Shown in pieces: positions 27,018 to 37,899 of a DNA stretch of 64,000 nucleotides. The stretch covers positions 5,024,001 through 5,088,000 of the forward strand of contig OZ253580.1 of NCBI GenBank assembly GCA_965263035.1, in the 5' to 3' direction. Numbering within the stretch: the stretch's first letter is position 1; each line of letters begins with the position of its first letter. Source of the stretch: Acidobacteriota bacterium. Lineage in GTDB: Bacteria; Acidobacteriota; UBA6911; RPQK01; JAJDTT01. The notes beneath the pieces were generated by a model, which was given only the letters and a program-made list of their open reading frames with translations, made no database searches and had not been told where the DNA came from. Made by a program: the position numbers and the translations under genes.

Positions 27018-30000
27018 ATGAGCCTTCCAGACATCAATTTCGAGAAAATTCGTCCGTTTGACGGAAGCCGTCACGCAGGGTTCGAGGAAATGTGTTGCCA
27101 ACTCGTCTATTTGGAACCAGCATCCTCGGGCAAAACTTTCCACAGGAAAGGCCACGGTGGCGACGCAGGCGTCGAATGCTACCGTCGGCGTGCAGACGGG
27201 ACGGAAGTGGGATGGCAGGCCAAATATCTCTTTCACTGGAATGACGGTCTCAAGGCGCAGCTCGACAATTCGATACGCACGGCATTGGATAAGCACCCGC
27301 ATCTCGTTGAGTACGTCGTCTGCCTTCCGTTCAATCTTTCCGATTCTCGAACCGGCAAGGGCAAGACCGCACGAACGAAGTGGGACACTTGGTGCACGAA
27401 ATGGGAGGAGTTCACCGCTACGCAGCAGCGTCACCTGACAATCACTTTGTGGGGCAAGAGCGAATTCAGCGCTCGGTTGGCTCGCGAAGACCCCGCCTAC
27501 TCCGGTCGACTTCTCTATTGGTTCGGGACCGAAGCTGTCACGTCAGCTTGGTTCAATGAGAAGTTTGGAACGGCAAGGGCGTCTCTGGGCAGCCGATACA
27601 CTCCCGAGACAAACGTCGAACTCCCAATTCGACAGGACTTTGTCGCCTTCGCCCGCCATCCTGAGCTTCAGCGGCAGATTGACGGGTGGCTATTCCGGGT
27701 CACCAAGAAAGGAAGCGATGCCGTAGATGCCATACGCAGGACGGGTTCGGAGGCAGCCGAAATCTATTCCGAGCCTCTGGCCGAGGCAATTCGTGCTCTG
27801 ACGTCTTTACTTGACGGGGATCCAATCGGTCCCGACCAACCCTATCCTGTAGACGATTGGACGTCCGAAGTATCAAGCTGTCTCAATCTTGCCAGAAAGG
27901 CCCTTCGCTGGTCCTACGACCTTCCGCCTTCCAAGCCCGGACGCATGGGGATCAGGCCCGAACAGCAAGCGCAACATACCCTTCATGAGCTGATGGAAGT
28001 ATTGCATGAAATCAAGAGGGCTCTCGCTTCGAACCGTTGGCGACTGACCAACGCGAAGGCGGTTCTGTTACAGGGCCCGGCCGGCATCGGTAAGTCCCAT
28101 TTGCTTGCCGACATCGTGGAGCACCATCTTCACGAAGGTGGTCCGGCGCTGCTCCTTCTTGGAGGTGAGTTTGTCGACAATGCGCTGTGGCCGCAGATTC
28201 GCGACCAACTCGATTGCCCACCAACGGAGCAGTTCAAGCACTTCCTCGGGAGTCTGGACGCAGCAGCGCAGGCCGTGGGCATGAGAGCAATTGTGTGCAT
28301 CGATGCTCTGAACGAACGCAACGGCATTGATGTCTGGCCGGATCGTCTCTTAGGCTTCCTCAATAGTATCGAGGCTTTCCCGCGAGTCGGCGTAATCGTG
28401 TCATGCCGCTCGACCTATGTTCGGTATGTGATCCCGGATGACCTGGATGAAGATCGGCTCTTCCTTGTTGTTCACGAAGGCTTTGCCGCGGATGGCGGAG
28501 AAGCTGCGAGGGTCTATCTCGACAAACGAGGAATGGTTCGACCTGGGGCACCTAATCTCGTTCCCGAGTTTGAAAATCCGCTTTTCTTGAAGACGTGCTG
28601 CGACTCCCTGCAAAAGGAGGGGAAAACCGAATTCCCTAAAGGTCTACGCGGCGCCACATCGATCTTCGAGTTTTATTACGAGGCAGTGACTCGATCGTTG
28701 AACCGGCGAATGAAGCTTGATCCTAATCTGGAGATCGTGCCGCAAGCAATCACAGGCTTTGCGCAATTGCTGGTGGGAGCCGGCGAGGGATATGCCCGGA
28801 AGCGCGATGCAGTTGATTTATTTGAATCAGTCCTCGCCTCGAGCGGAAGCCTTGAAAAGAGTCTGCTAGCCTGCATTTCTCAGTGCGCCGTGGAAAGGCG
28901 CTGTTTCTCAGTGGGTGCGAATCCCACCCGGCAACTGTCGCTCCAGCCGGTAGCAGTCGGAGCGGTTCATAGAGGCAACGATATGGACTGAAGCACTCCG
29001 ATGTCAAAGGGTCGCTTTAGGCGACTCAGCGAGTCCGCAGGCCGCAACATGTGAACGCTGAGCAGGCCTCGAAACGGGTAATGCGGAAGCCGACCCGCCT
29101 GAGAAACGCACGAAGGCTGCCAGCGGTCGGGAAGCGAGCGACGCAAGCACCGGCCGGCTCCGCCGGGGTAATGGCGGTGGCATGTGGACAAGAGGGAGAC
29201 AGCAGCAACACGGGAAGCCCCGCCGGTGGCGTGGCACGCGTCAACCGGGAACCCGTGAGGGCCAGCCTGGGCCGTCGGGGTGGCGGAGAGGCCCGTAGTA
29301 CTGGAGAAGCCGGGTAACGCCGGTGGAGGGAAGGGGCCTTGGTTCGAGAACCGCGTTGGACGGGGAAAAGGACGTGAAGACTGGTGAGAACCTAGTAGCT
29401 TCAGAGAAAGTTCAGAGACTCCGGAAGACGCTCCATGCGAGCATCGAAGGAGGCTCCGGGCTTCCGGTTCTACTCGCTGTGCGACAAGGTGTGGCGGTTG
29501 GACGTGCTCCGTGTGGCCTGGCAGGAGGTCCGCCGCAACGGCGGGTCGGCCGGGGTGGACGGGGAGGCGATCGCCGACATCGAGTCGTCGGGGGTGGACG
29601 GGTGGCTCGGGGAACTGGCGCGGGACCTGAAGGAAGGGACCTACCGGCCCAACGCGGTGCGGCAGGTTCTGATCCCGAAGAAGCAACGCGGGAAGTTCCG
29701 GCCTTTGGGCATTCCGTGTGTGCGGGATCGGGTGGCGCAGACGGCGGCAATGTTGGTGTTGTCGCCGATCTTCGAAGCCGATCTGGCCCCGGAACAATAT
29801 GCCTATCGGCCGGGCCGGAGCGCGGGCGATGCCGTCAAGCACGTGCACCGACTGCTGAACCGGGGCCACCGCGAGGTGGTGGACGCCGACCTGACGGACT
29901 ACTTCGGCCAGATCCCCCATGCCCAACTGATCAAGTCCGTGGCCCGCCGCATCAGTGATGGGCGGGTGGTGGGTTGGATCAAGGCTTGGTTGGAGATGGC

Positions 30001-30087
30001 GGTGGAGGAAGAGGACGGCTGCGGCGGACGACGCCGAACGACCCGGGCGCGGCAAGAGAGGAAAGGGACCCCGCAAGGGGCGCCCAT

Positions 30088-31747
30088 TACGCCCCCAACG
30101 CAAAAGGCAACTTTGGGAAAAAGGGCTCGGCTGCGACGAATTCGGAGCCAGTTTGCCGGGCGAGGAACCGCCCGCTTCCGTCACCGGTATCGAATGGCGA
30201 ATCGTGATCTCCCCGTCGTCCACCAGGACTTCCTTCACCAGTGCGCGTAGCACCTTCTGCCGCTCCCTGACCCCCAGCGTCCCGGCGCCGGCCCGCAACC
30301 GTTCCCGGAAACTCTCCAGCGTCTCGGCGACCCGCAGGTGCCGCTCCCGTTCCTCGACGGCGCTCTCGACCGCTTCCAGTTCGGCCTCCACCGCCTGCGT
30401 CCGACTCCGTAGCGGCGGCATCCGCCGGCGCAACTCGTCCAGCCCGATCAATTCCTCCTGGTATGCCGTCACCAGCCGGGCGCCCGCTCGTTCCAACCGC
30501 TTCCGCTCCCCTCGCAGTTCCGCCACCCGCCGCTGTCGCGGATCCGTCCGGCGCCCCGCCTCCAGCCGACGCTCCAGCTCGGCCTCCAGTAGCGCCGGAT
30601 CTTCCAGCAACCTCACCAACTCGCCCCACACCACCGCGTCCAGCCGGTCCTGGCGCACCGGCCGGCTCGCGCAACGCGCGCCCCCCTCGTAGCGCCAGCC
30701 GTCCGTGCCCAGGCAGCGGTAGTAGTACAGCTTCCGCTTCGTCGTCCGCGTCGACGCCCGGTAGTACGCATATCCGCAGCGCCGGCACACCAACATGCCC
30801 TGCAGCAGCGTCGGCTCCTTCGTCCGTCGCGTTGAATGCCGCTTGTTCGCCTCCAACTGCTCGCGCGCCTGCTCGAACCGCTCCGCGCTCACCAGCGCCG
30901 GAACCGGGATCTCGATCCACTCCTCCCTCGGCCGCTCTTGCCCGGCCACCCGGCGGCTCGCGTATTTCCCCGGCCTCCGCAAGGGCCGCGTCACCCTCTG
31001 CCTCTCGCCGGTCCCGGTCTTGCCGTAACCGGCCCGCCCGGAGTAGGCCGGATTGCGCAGCATGGCCCAGATCACCGAGCGGTCCCAGCGTTGCTTGCCG
31101 GTCCGCGTCGGAATCCCCTGCTCCGTCAGCCGGCGCGCGATCTCCCCGATGCTGCAGGGATCCTGCGCATACCAGTCGAACACCTGCCGCACCACCTCCG
31201 CTTCCCGCGCCAAGACCTCGTAGCGCGCCTCCATTCCTTCGCTCCGCTTCACGTACCGGTACCCGTACGGCGCTCCCGAGAGCACGCTCGGCGAACCCTG
31301 GCGCGCCTTGTAGCGCTTGCCCCGCCGGCTGCGCTCCATGATTTGCGCCCGCTCGTACTCGGCGATCATGCCCTGCACCTGCACCAGCAGGCGCTGCTGG
31401 GGCGTCTCCGCCGCCGGCGTCTGCACGAACTCGCACGCCACCCCGCTCCGCTCGAACTCCTCCAGCAACAGCACCTGGTAGGCGTACTTGCGGCTGAGCC
31501 GGTCCGGCGACAGCACCAGCACCGCCTCGAGGCGCCCCTCCGCGGCCAGGTCGCGCACGGCCTCCAGGCCGGGCCGGTCCAGGCGCGCCCCGCTGAAGCC
31601 GTCGTCCTCGAACACCCACTCAGGCGGGACGACGTAACCGCGCTTGCAGGCGCGCTCTCGAAGGGCGGCCGTCTGGCTGGCGATCGTCCCGCTCTCCTTC
31701 TGGCGGTCCGAGGACACTCGGGCGTAGATGGCGGCGACTCTGGCCAT
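30088..31747 (-). CDS. large serine recombinase (resolvase + recombinase + zinc ribbon + coiled coil); no stop inside the element, frame continues to 28967
   Basis: YARVSS catalytic Ser, DDGFSGA, RPGLEA, SPDRLSR, MIAEYER, PYGY, LRNPAYSG, CRRCG...YYRC. Confidence 0.93.
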
Positions 31748-31889
31748 GGTTCAAGTCCTCCTCTCGCGCGAGCCGGACCGGCTGCTGCCGGACGGGGGCG
31801 AGTCGTTCGTAGGCGCCGGCCAGCCGGTCGGGCAGATGGCGGTCGAAGCGGTACTCGAAATGCACCGCCAACGGCCCATCCTCAGCCAT
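31620..31889 (-). CDS. small protein of the LSR element, overlapping the LSR start (candidate directionality factor)
   Basis: ATG overlaps the end of the upstream regulator; lies inside element boundaries; function inferred from position only. Confidence 0.45.
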   Translation of the reverse strand: MAEDGPLAVHFEYRFDRHLPDRLAGAYERLAPVRQQPVRLAREEDLNHGQSRRHLRPSVLGPPEGERDDRQPDGRPSRARLQARLRRPA

Positions 31890-32211
31890 GCGGCTCCCGG
31901 GAGGCGAGCCAAGCGCGCAGGGCCCGCGCCACCACTTCGCTGACGGCGGTGCCCGTCGCGGCCGAACGCTCCCGCAAGCGTCGGATCAGGCCGCGCGGCA
32001 ACCGTACGGAGAGCACTTGCTTGCCTTCGGAAACCGGAACCGGCTGCGTCAGCCGCTGGGCTTCGCGCAGGTAGCGATAGGCTTGGCGGGAGGAGAGCCC
32101 GAGCTGGGCGGAGAGCCGTTTGACGGCATGGGGCAGGTCGGGGGAGTCCTGCAGCAGAGAGCGGGCCAGATTGAGCCGCTCGGCCTTGCCGGCTTGGGTG
32201 ACACGCCCCAT
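31882..32211 (-). CDS. HTH + ribbon-helix-helix (CopG-like) DNA-binding protein of the LSR element
   Basis: LSAQLGLSSRQAYRYL HTH-like segment, then VLSVRLPRGLIRRLRERSAATGTAVSEVVARAL RHH pattern. Confidence 0.7.
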   Translation of the reverse strand: MGRVTQAGKAERLNLARSLLQDSPDLPHAVKRLSAQLGLSSRQAYRYLREAQRLTQPVPVSEGKQVLSVRLPRGLIRRLRERSAATGTAVSEVVARALRAWLASREPHG

Positions 32212-32220
32212 ATGACATAT

Positions 32221-32249
32221 AATATATACAGTACATGACTAGTAGTCAA
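32221..32249 (-). promoter_or_regulatory. sigma70 promoter of the LSR element with overlapping palindrome
   Basis: minus strand TTGACT-N17-TATATT, 9 nt before ATG 32211; TGACT-ACT-AGTCA palindrome overlaps -35. Confidence 0.7.
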
Positions 32250-33348
32250 CCCTTCCGACTGTACTTGCAGACGCGGTCAAACACGAAGTTACCTTTTGTG
32301 TTGGTGGAGTGCTCTCACCGCTGCTGAGCAACTTGTACATGCGACGCTTCATTCTGGGCTGGAAGGGACTGGGCTACGCTCGGCGCTTCAAGGCGGAAAT
32401 CGTCAACTACGCAGACGACTTTGTGGTCCTGGGCCAAGCTCCGGCCGCGATCATGCGGACGGCGGTCGAGGATCTGGTGAAGCGTCTGAAGCTGGCGTTG
32501 AACGCGGAGAAGACCCGAGAGGTGCGGGTGCCGGAGGAACCGCTGGAGTTCCTCGGCTACCGGATCGGGCGCAACTACCGCCGGGATACGGGGCGAGCCT
32601 ACATTGGGACGCGCCCGAGCCCGGCGAGCGTTCAGAGCCTCTGCCGCAGGGTGAGCGCGTTGACCGAGAGACGCTATGGACTCCTGGAACCCGAGCGAGT
32701 CGTGGGACGCCTCAACCGGCTTCTGAACGGTTGGGCGAACTACTTCTCGTTGGGTCAGGTGAGTCCCGCTTATGCGACGATCGATCGGCACGCGACCCGG
32801 CGGCTGCGCCAGTGGCTGAGCCGCAAGCACAAGGTGAGGGCCGGGAAGACGGTGCGCTTCCCGGACGAGCGACTCTGGAAGGAGTGGGAGCTCACTCGTC
32901 TTGGTCCGCGAACGGCCAGCTTTCCGTGGGCGCGCGTATGATCTCGTCCGAGAGCCGGATGCGTTAGTAGCGCACGTCCGGTTCGATGAGCGGGGAGAGG
33001 AAACGGGGTCACGGTGGAGATTGAGGCACCGGCATGAGGGCGAAAGCCGCCGGCAACAGCGACTCCCTTCGACCTACGGCCGTCGCGCCTCTCCTCGACT
33101 CTACTCAGTAGAACAATAAACGGAAGTTGAACCGTCGTCTGGGTGATTCTTTATCCATACGAGTTCAAGAGGCAGTTTTCGTGCTCGAACGTGCCGACCA
33201 ACGGCCAGATGCAGCGCTTCTCCAGAGCCTTTTGACGCCCATCCTGCGCTTCTGAGCGACGACTCTCGACCCGGTGCCCACTCCGGGGCGCAGTCCATCC
33301 TGGGGACTCCCAAGTCGCCATCGTCCAAAGAGTTCTTTCCATCCGTTG

Positions 33349-34761
33349 CTAACAGCGAAGCGGGAGGGCTTGCACTTGCGTCAGAGCCGTCCTCAACAGC
33401 GCCGCATACGGATAGCTCTCGGAAAAGGACAACCAGACCTTGCGGCTGGTGATTCGGACCTGTGCCCCGATCTTCAGCAATCTCACCCGCAGGGTCCAGC
33501 TCTGCGCCCGCGCCAGCTTCGTCCCCGCCAGTCCCACCCGTCGCAACGTCTCCATCATCACGTAGGCGAACGCCGAGAAATACAACCGCAGTTGATTCCC
33601 CGCCAGCTTCCGGGTCGACGTGCGGTCCGCAAACAGACCCAGCTGCTGTTCCTTTATCCGATTCTCCATGTCTCCCCGCGCGCAGTAGACCTCCTCGTAC
33701 AATCTGCGCCCATCGCATTCCTGGACCGGGACCGAAGTCACGATGAATCGCGGGTTCTTTCCCCGGGGCAGGTGCTCCACCTTCGCCACCACCCGACGCT
33801 CGCACGACCACGTGTCCCGCGTCTGGTAGCGTAGTTCCTGGAACTGCCTCACGGCCTTGCCCATCGCCTGCTGCAACTTCCGGACGGTCTCCATCCGGGT
33901 CGCGATCCTCCGCTTCAGCCGATCGTTCTGCGCCAACCCCAGGACGTAATCGATCCCTTCCTTCTCGCACCAGACCATCAACTCGTCGTTGGAGAAGGCA
34001 CTGTCCCCTCGAACCGTGATCCGGACCTGGGGCCACGCTTCACGCAGCCGCCTCACGATCGGTTCCAACTCCGCCACCACCCCGTGGGCCGCGCCTCGAT
34101 CCGCCGTGCGCAGCCGCGCACACAACAGATGTTCCCCACAGAAGACGTACAGCGGCAGGTAGCAGTAGCGTTTGTAATAGCCGTGGAAGAACCGTCCCTC
34201 CTGCTTCCCATGCAGCGGATCGTCCGTGGCGTCTACATCCAGGATCACCTCCTCCGGGGGCTCCGGATGCGCTTCCACAAACACCTCCAGCAGCAGCTCG
34301 TCCATCCCCGCCGGGTCGGCCACGATCTTCTTGTACGCGCCCTCCGGTCCCTCCAACGGAGTCCGCTCCAGTCGGTTCAGGGTGCTCTTGCCTGCCAGCG
34401 GCTTGCCTCGATCCGACTCCACGCGCCGGAACTCCCCCGTCAGATCATCTCGATCACACAACAGCGCCAAGAGCCGGTCCCGGCACAACTCGTCGTGGTC
34501 GTTGAGGTCCTCGTAGCCCAGGCACAGCCCCAGCACCCGCTGTTTGATCAACGCCTCCACCGGGTGTTCGACTCGATCCGAGTCTCGATAGTCGGTGAAG
34601 CATTCGCTCAGACGACCCAGAATCCGGGTCCGCTGCTCCACTTCGCGCAGGAGCACGCCACCGGCGTCGGAGGTGATCTCGCCGCCGTCGAACCGGCCCA
34701 CGACATCCCGTCCGTCCAGGCCCTGAAATCTGAGCTTTGTTCTGGTACACTCTGCGGTCAT
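33349..34761 (-). CDS. IS1380-family transposase
   Basis: FDGGEITSDAG, GYEDLNDH, LDVDATDDPLHGKQEG, RGDSAF, YCARGDMENRIKE. Confidence 0.95.
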   Translation of the reverse strand: MTAECTRTKLRFQGLDGRDVVGRFDGGEITSDAGGVLLREVEQRTRILGRLSECFTDYRDSDRVEHPVEALIKQRVLGLCLGYEDLNDHDELCRDRLLALLCDRDDLTGEFRRVESDRGKPLAGKSTLNRLERTPLEGPEGAYKKIVADPAGMDELLLEVFVEAHPEPPEEVILDVDATDDPLHGKQEGRFFHGYYKRYCYLPLYVFCGEHLLCARLRTADRGAAHGVVAELEPIVRRLREAWPQVRITVRGDSAFSNDELMVWCEKEGIDYVLGLAQNDRLKRRIATRMETVRKLQQAMGKAVRQFQELRYQTRDTWSCERRVVAKVEHLPRGKNPRFIVTSVPVQECDGRRLYEEVYCARGDMENRIKEQQLGLFADRTSTRKLAGNQLRLYFSAFAYVMMETLRRVGLAGTKLARAQSWTLRVRLLKIGAQVRITSRKVWLSFSESYPYAALLRTALTQVQALPLRC

Positions 34762-37700
34762 AAGGTCGCGTCCCTTCTGCTTTGTAAGTTATTGATTACA
34801 CAACACTTATAGCAGAATACGCGGCCTTTATCAATCTTTCTGTTGAGATATCCGGGCTAGCGCAGCTGGAAAGCGAAGGTCTTCTCACCGTCGAACCCTT
34901 GCGGCAGGATGACGGATCGCTTGCTGAAATGGTTCGCTTCACCTTCGAGCGTTTCAGCGATCATGCTATAGCCTCGCGTTTGCTCGATGACCACCTCAAT
35001 ACCAACGATGTGGCTAGTTCCTTTCGAGCCGGGCAGCCTCTCCATAATTGTGTTTTTGGGTCGAAAAATTATGAACGCGCCGGAATCATCGAAGCGGTGG
35101 CCATTCAACTCCCGGAACGGACCGGCGCTGAGATATTGGATGTTGGATCTGAGACTTCGTATACAGTGCAGGAAGCTTTTCTGGATAGCCTTCTCTGGCG
35201 TGAGCAGTCTCAATTCACAGATCGCACGTTCGAACTGGTTCGAGGCTTGATGCAGACGGACGAGTTGAACGACCTGCTAATCTCAATCACCACCGAGCCA
35301 TCCAACAAATTCAATGCGGTCTTCGTCCATGAGCGGCTCATGAAAATGACGATGCCGGAACGCGATGCACGTTGGTCGGTCTACTTGGCACTGCGTGGCT
35401 TCGACGGGCCTGTCGAGACATTGATTTCCTGGGCGCTTCACAATGATCTCAAGCACATGGACCAGGATCGTGCGTACCTGGCTGCGACAATGCTCACTTG
35501 GTTCCTCACCACGTCGCATCGAGAGGTCAGGGATAAGGGCACCAAGGCCCTTGCCAGCGTGTTGAGCCGGCGGCTTCCACTTGCGGCTCGTTTGCTGGGG
35601 GACTTCGTGAGTGTGAATGATCTCTACGTTCTTGAGCGTCTGTTGGCTGCTTGCTACGGTGCCGCTCTTCAAGGAAAGGGGGAAGCGGGGCTCGGAAAAC
35701 TCGCCCAAGTGGTTTTCGACACGATCTTTGCCAGCGGGAGACCACCGGCACACGCGCTTCTACGCGACCATGCCCAAGGCATTGTTGAGTACGCAGCGTG
35801 GTGCGGCGTACTGAATAACTCAATCGACCTTGCGCTTGCACGTCCGCCATTTCAAAGTCCCTGGCCTATCGAAACGGTACCGGACGAATTGATCGATAGT
35901 TATACCGAGGATCGTGGGCGCGGAGCCGTTGGTGACGCGATTGTCTTCTCCACCGTCCATGAGGGCGACTTTGCACGGTATGTAGTTGATCCGAAAGTAG
36001 GCAGGTGGAGCCCCGCAAAACTCGGGACAACGCCGGTTCCGACTTCGCTCGACATTTGCAGAATCTGGATGCAGGAATTTATTGCCAATGCAACTGAAGA
36101 CCAACGGGAGGCCTTTAACGCGTACGTTGTCGCTGCCGAGGGTGTCGAGGATTTACAGGGCCATCAGTCCAGTCCAGAGACGGAACGGTTGGCCTCCGCC
36201 GAGATTGCCCTTCAGCAAACGATGACGTCGGACCAATGGGAAGACTTTCGAGTTCGAGCAAAGGACTTCATCTGCCGGATATTCTCCACGGATCACTTCC
36301 AAAAACGGACCGCGCACTTCGACGTCCATTGGGGTCGTAGATGGATCTGCAAGCGAGCCCATGAACTCGGTTGGACATCGGAACGCTTTGGAGATTTCGA
36401 CAATCGTTCCCAAGGCTACGGCCGGAACGACCACAAGGTCGAACGCATCGGCAAGAAATACCAATGGCTCGCGCTCCACGAACTTATCGCCCGCATGGGA
36501 GACAATCTGGCTTCCTTAGGTAATCACTGGTCAGAAGAAAATGACGAATTGCCGCTATATCAAGGAGCCCGTGAGGTCGGATTACGCGATATCGATCCGT
36601 CCTTCTTGACCACTCAGACCCATTACGACGGCTGGGGCGAGTGGGGCAGAACGTGGTGGGTCCCTTTCAATCCTCAATTTCGCGCGATGGCTCCTCACGA
36701 GCGTTTTGCCTGGCTGCAAAGCGACCGCGATATCATCAACGACAGAGCTCTGATCGATTTACGTAATCCAAAGACAGGCCGCAGGTGGCTGGCCCTCTCT
36801 GGATCTTCGGGTTGGAAGGGTGGTGGCATACGGGATGGGAAGAAGGAGTTTCAGCGTGAGACGTGGTTTCGTCTCACCTGCATCGTTGTTCACCGCGAGG
36901 ATCAAACGAAGATGGTCGAGAGCCTCCGAGACAAGATTCTGACAAATCCTGGCTCATTTCCACAGATCGAACTTGATTCTCACCACTATTACCTTGGTGA
37001 ATATCATTGGCGCCCTGAGATTAGTGAGTTCGACCGCTGGAGTTCGCACGATGATTGGCAGGCTTTCGCCGTGCCAATACGCCCGACGGTCGCCTCCTAC
37101 GTGTGCGAGAGCGGGGGCTATGACCTCTCGATCGATCGGACGACTAGAGTAAAAATCCCTGTCCCCTGGCTGTCCAAGGAAATGGGGCTTCGGCTGTCGA
37201 GTGGGAGATCTTTGATTCTTGTCAACTCAGACGGGCGAGACACATTCTATGATCCGTCCGTTGTCGAATCTGGCCCCGCTGCGGCCCTTGTTGATTACGA
37301 CGACTTCCTTCAGGTTCTCAATCAGAAAGATCTTTCTGCAATCTGGGTGATCGCCGGTGAAAAGAGCGCCTACGGTGGGAGTACCGTAGGCTCAGGGTTT
37401 GGTGGCCGCTTGCATCACACTACGATCTATCGCCTTGACGGGGATGTCTTTACACCGTACCTCTACAAGGATCGGATACATCCGACCGAGCGTCAGCTTG
37501 AGATATTTTTCGGAGATGACCCCGTACCTCCTGGGATTGCTACTCGGACTGTGGTCTCGGAGACTTGACCCTCGGCGAAGCGGTCGTTGTTACAAAGAGA
37601 TCGTGAAGGTGCGGCATGCGAGTCTCATTCCGTCGGGTGAGGCGGTGAGCTTATCCCGCATTTTCCTCCACGCCGCTGAGCGTATGAGGACGAAGACCTT

Positions 37701-37899
37701 ATGGTCAGGCATTTACGCATTTTTTATCCAAGTCCCCCGGGACACAGACTGCGCTTGGGGCGCGCTCGCTGGTAACTCTCGACTCCAGCGCACGAATGAC
37801 CCCTTAAACGCAGTTCCCTGCTACGCTCTCGATTACGAGCAGGCGCTGATAGCGATAATCCCGCGCGATCATCGCGCCCCCCGGTGAGAAATACGGGCT

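Larger units (their letters stand above)
30088..32311 (-). mobile_element. minimal large-serine-recombinase integrative element
   Basis: inverted arms CCAACGCAAAAGGCAACTT (30095-30113) and AAGTTACCTTTTGTGTTGG (32286-32304), each 7 bp from its junction; removal restores RT codons CCC ATC TCA CCG. Confidence 0.85.
29374..32941 (+). pseudogene. ltrA: group II intron reverse transcriptase/maturase, frameshifted near 29440 and split by an LSR element
   Basis: RFYSLCDKV, AGVDG, RPLGIPCVRDRVAQ, DADLTDYF, GTPQGAPI (to 30087) resuming as SPLLSNLYM, NYADDFVV, EFLGY, GWANYF (32314-32941). Confidence 0.9.
28883..33104 (+). mobile_element. group II intron (RT without endonuclease domain) inserted in the IS1380 terminal repeat
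   Basis: 5' GTGCG at 28883; domain V GAGCCGGATGCG..CGCACGTCCGGTTC at 32952-32984; domain VI ending CGACTCTAC at 33104; EBS1 TGAGAAA (29100-29106) complementary to TTTCTCA (28876-28882). Confidence 0.92.
28870..34856 (-). mobile_element. IS1380-family insertion sequence (1765 bp without the nested intron)
   Basis: CTAG duplication at 28866-28869 and 34857-34860; ends CCTGCATTTCTCA|TCAG and (reverse complement) CCCGGATATCTCAACAG; transposase 33349-34761. Confidence 0.9.
27018..37568 (+). pseudogene. interrupted Avs/AVAST-like (Avs2-like) nuclease-STAND NTPase anti-phage gene, 1519 aa when rejoined
   Basis: N-terminal FEEMC...GDAGVE...GWQAKY PD-(D/E)xK-like motif; Walker A GPAGIGKS; Walker B IDALNE; ENPLFLK; C-part ERIGKKYQW; joining 27018-28869 to 34861-37568 gives 4560 nt in frame (KSLLAQLESEGLL). 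Confidence 0.82.

Noticed and set aside
28967-30087. Apparent 926-aa recombinase with a novel C-terminal domain
   Set aside because: The tail is read-through into the antisense strand of the intron and RT, not an evolved domain.
29374-32941. RT as a retron, DGR or defence-associated RT partnered with the Avs-like gene
   Set aside because: Intron ends, domain V/VI, EBS/IBS pairing and maturase motifs identify a group II intron; no TR/VR pair or msr-msd seen.
37660-37800. attC-like fragments (CGCCGCTGAGC, TAAC..CTCCAGCGCAC) near higBA
   Set aside because: Halves are in the wrong order, there is no GTTRRRY end or full hairpin, and no integron integrase is present.
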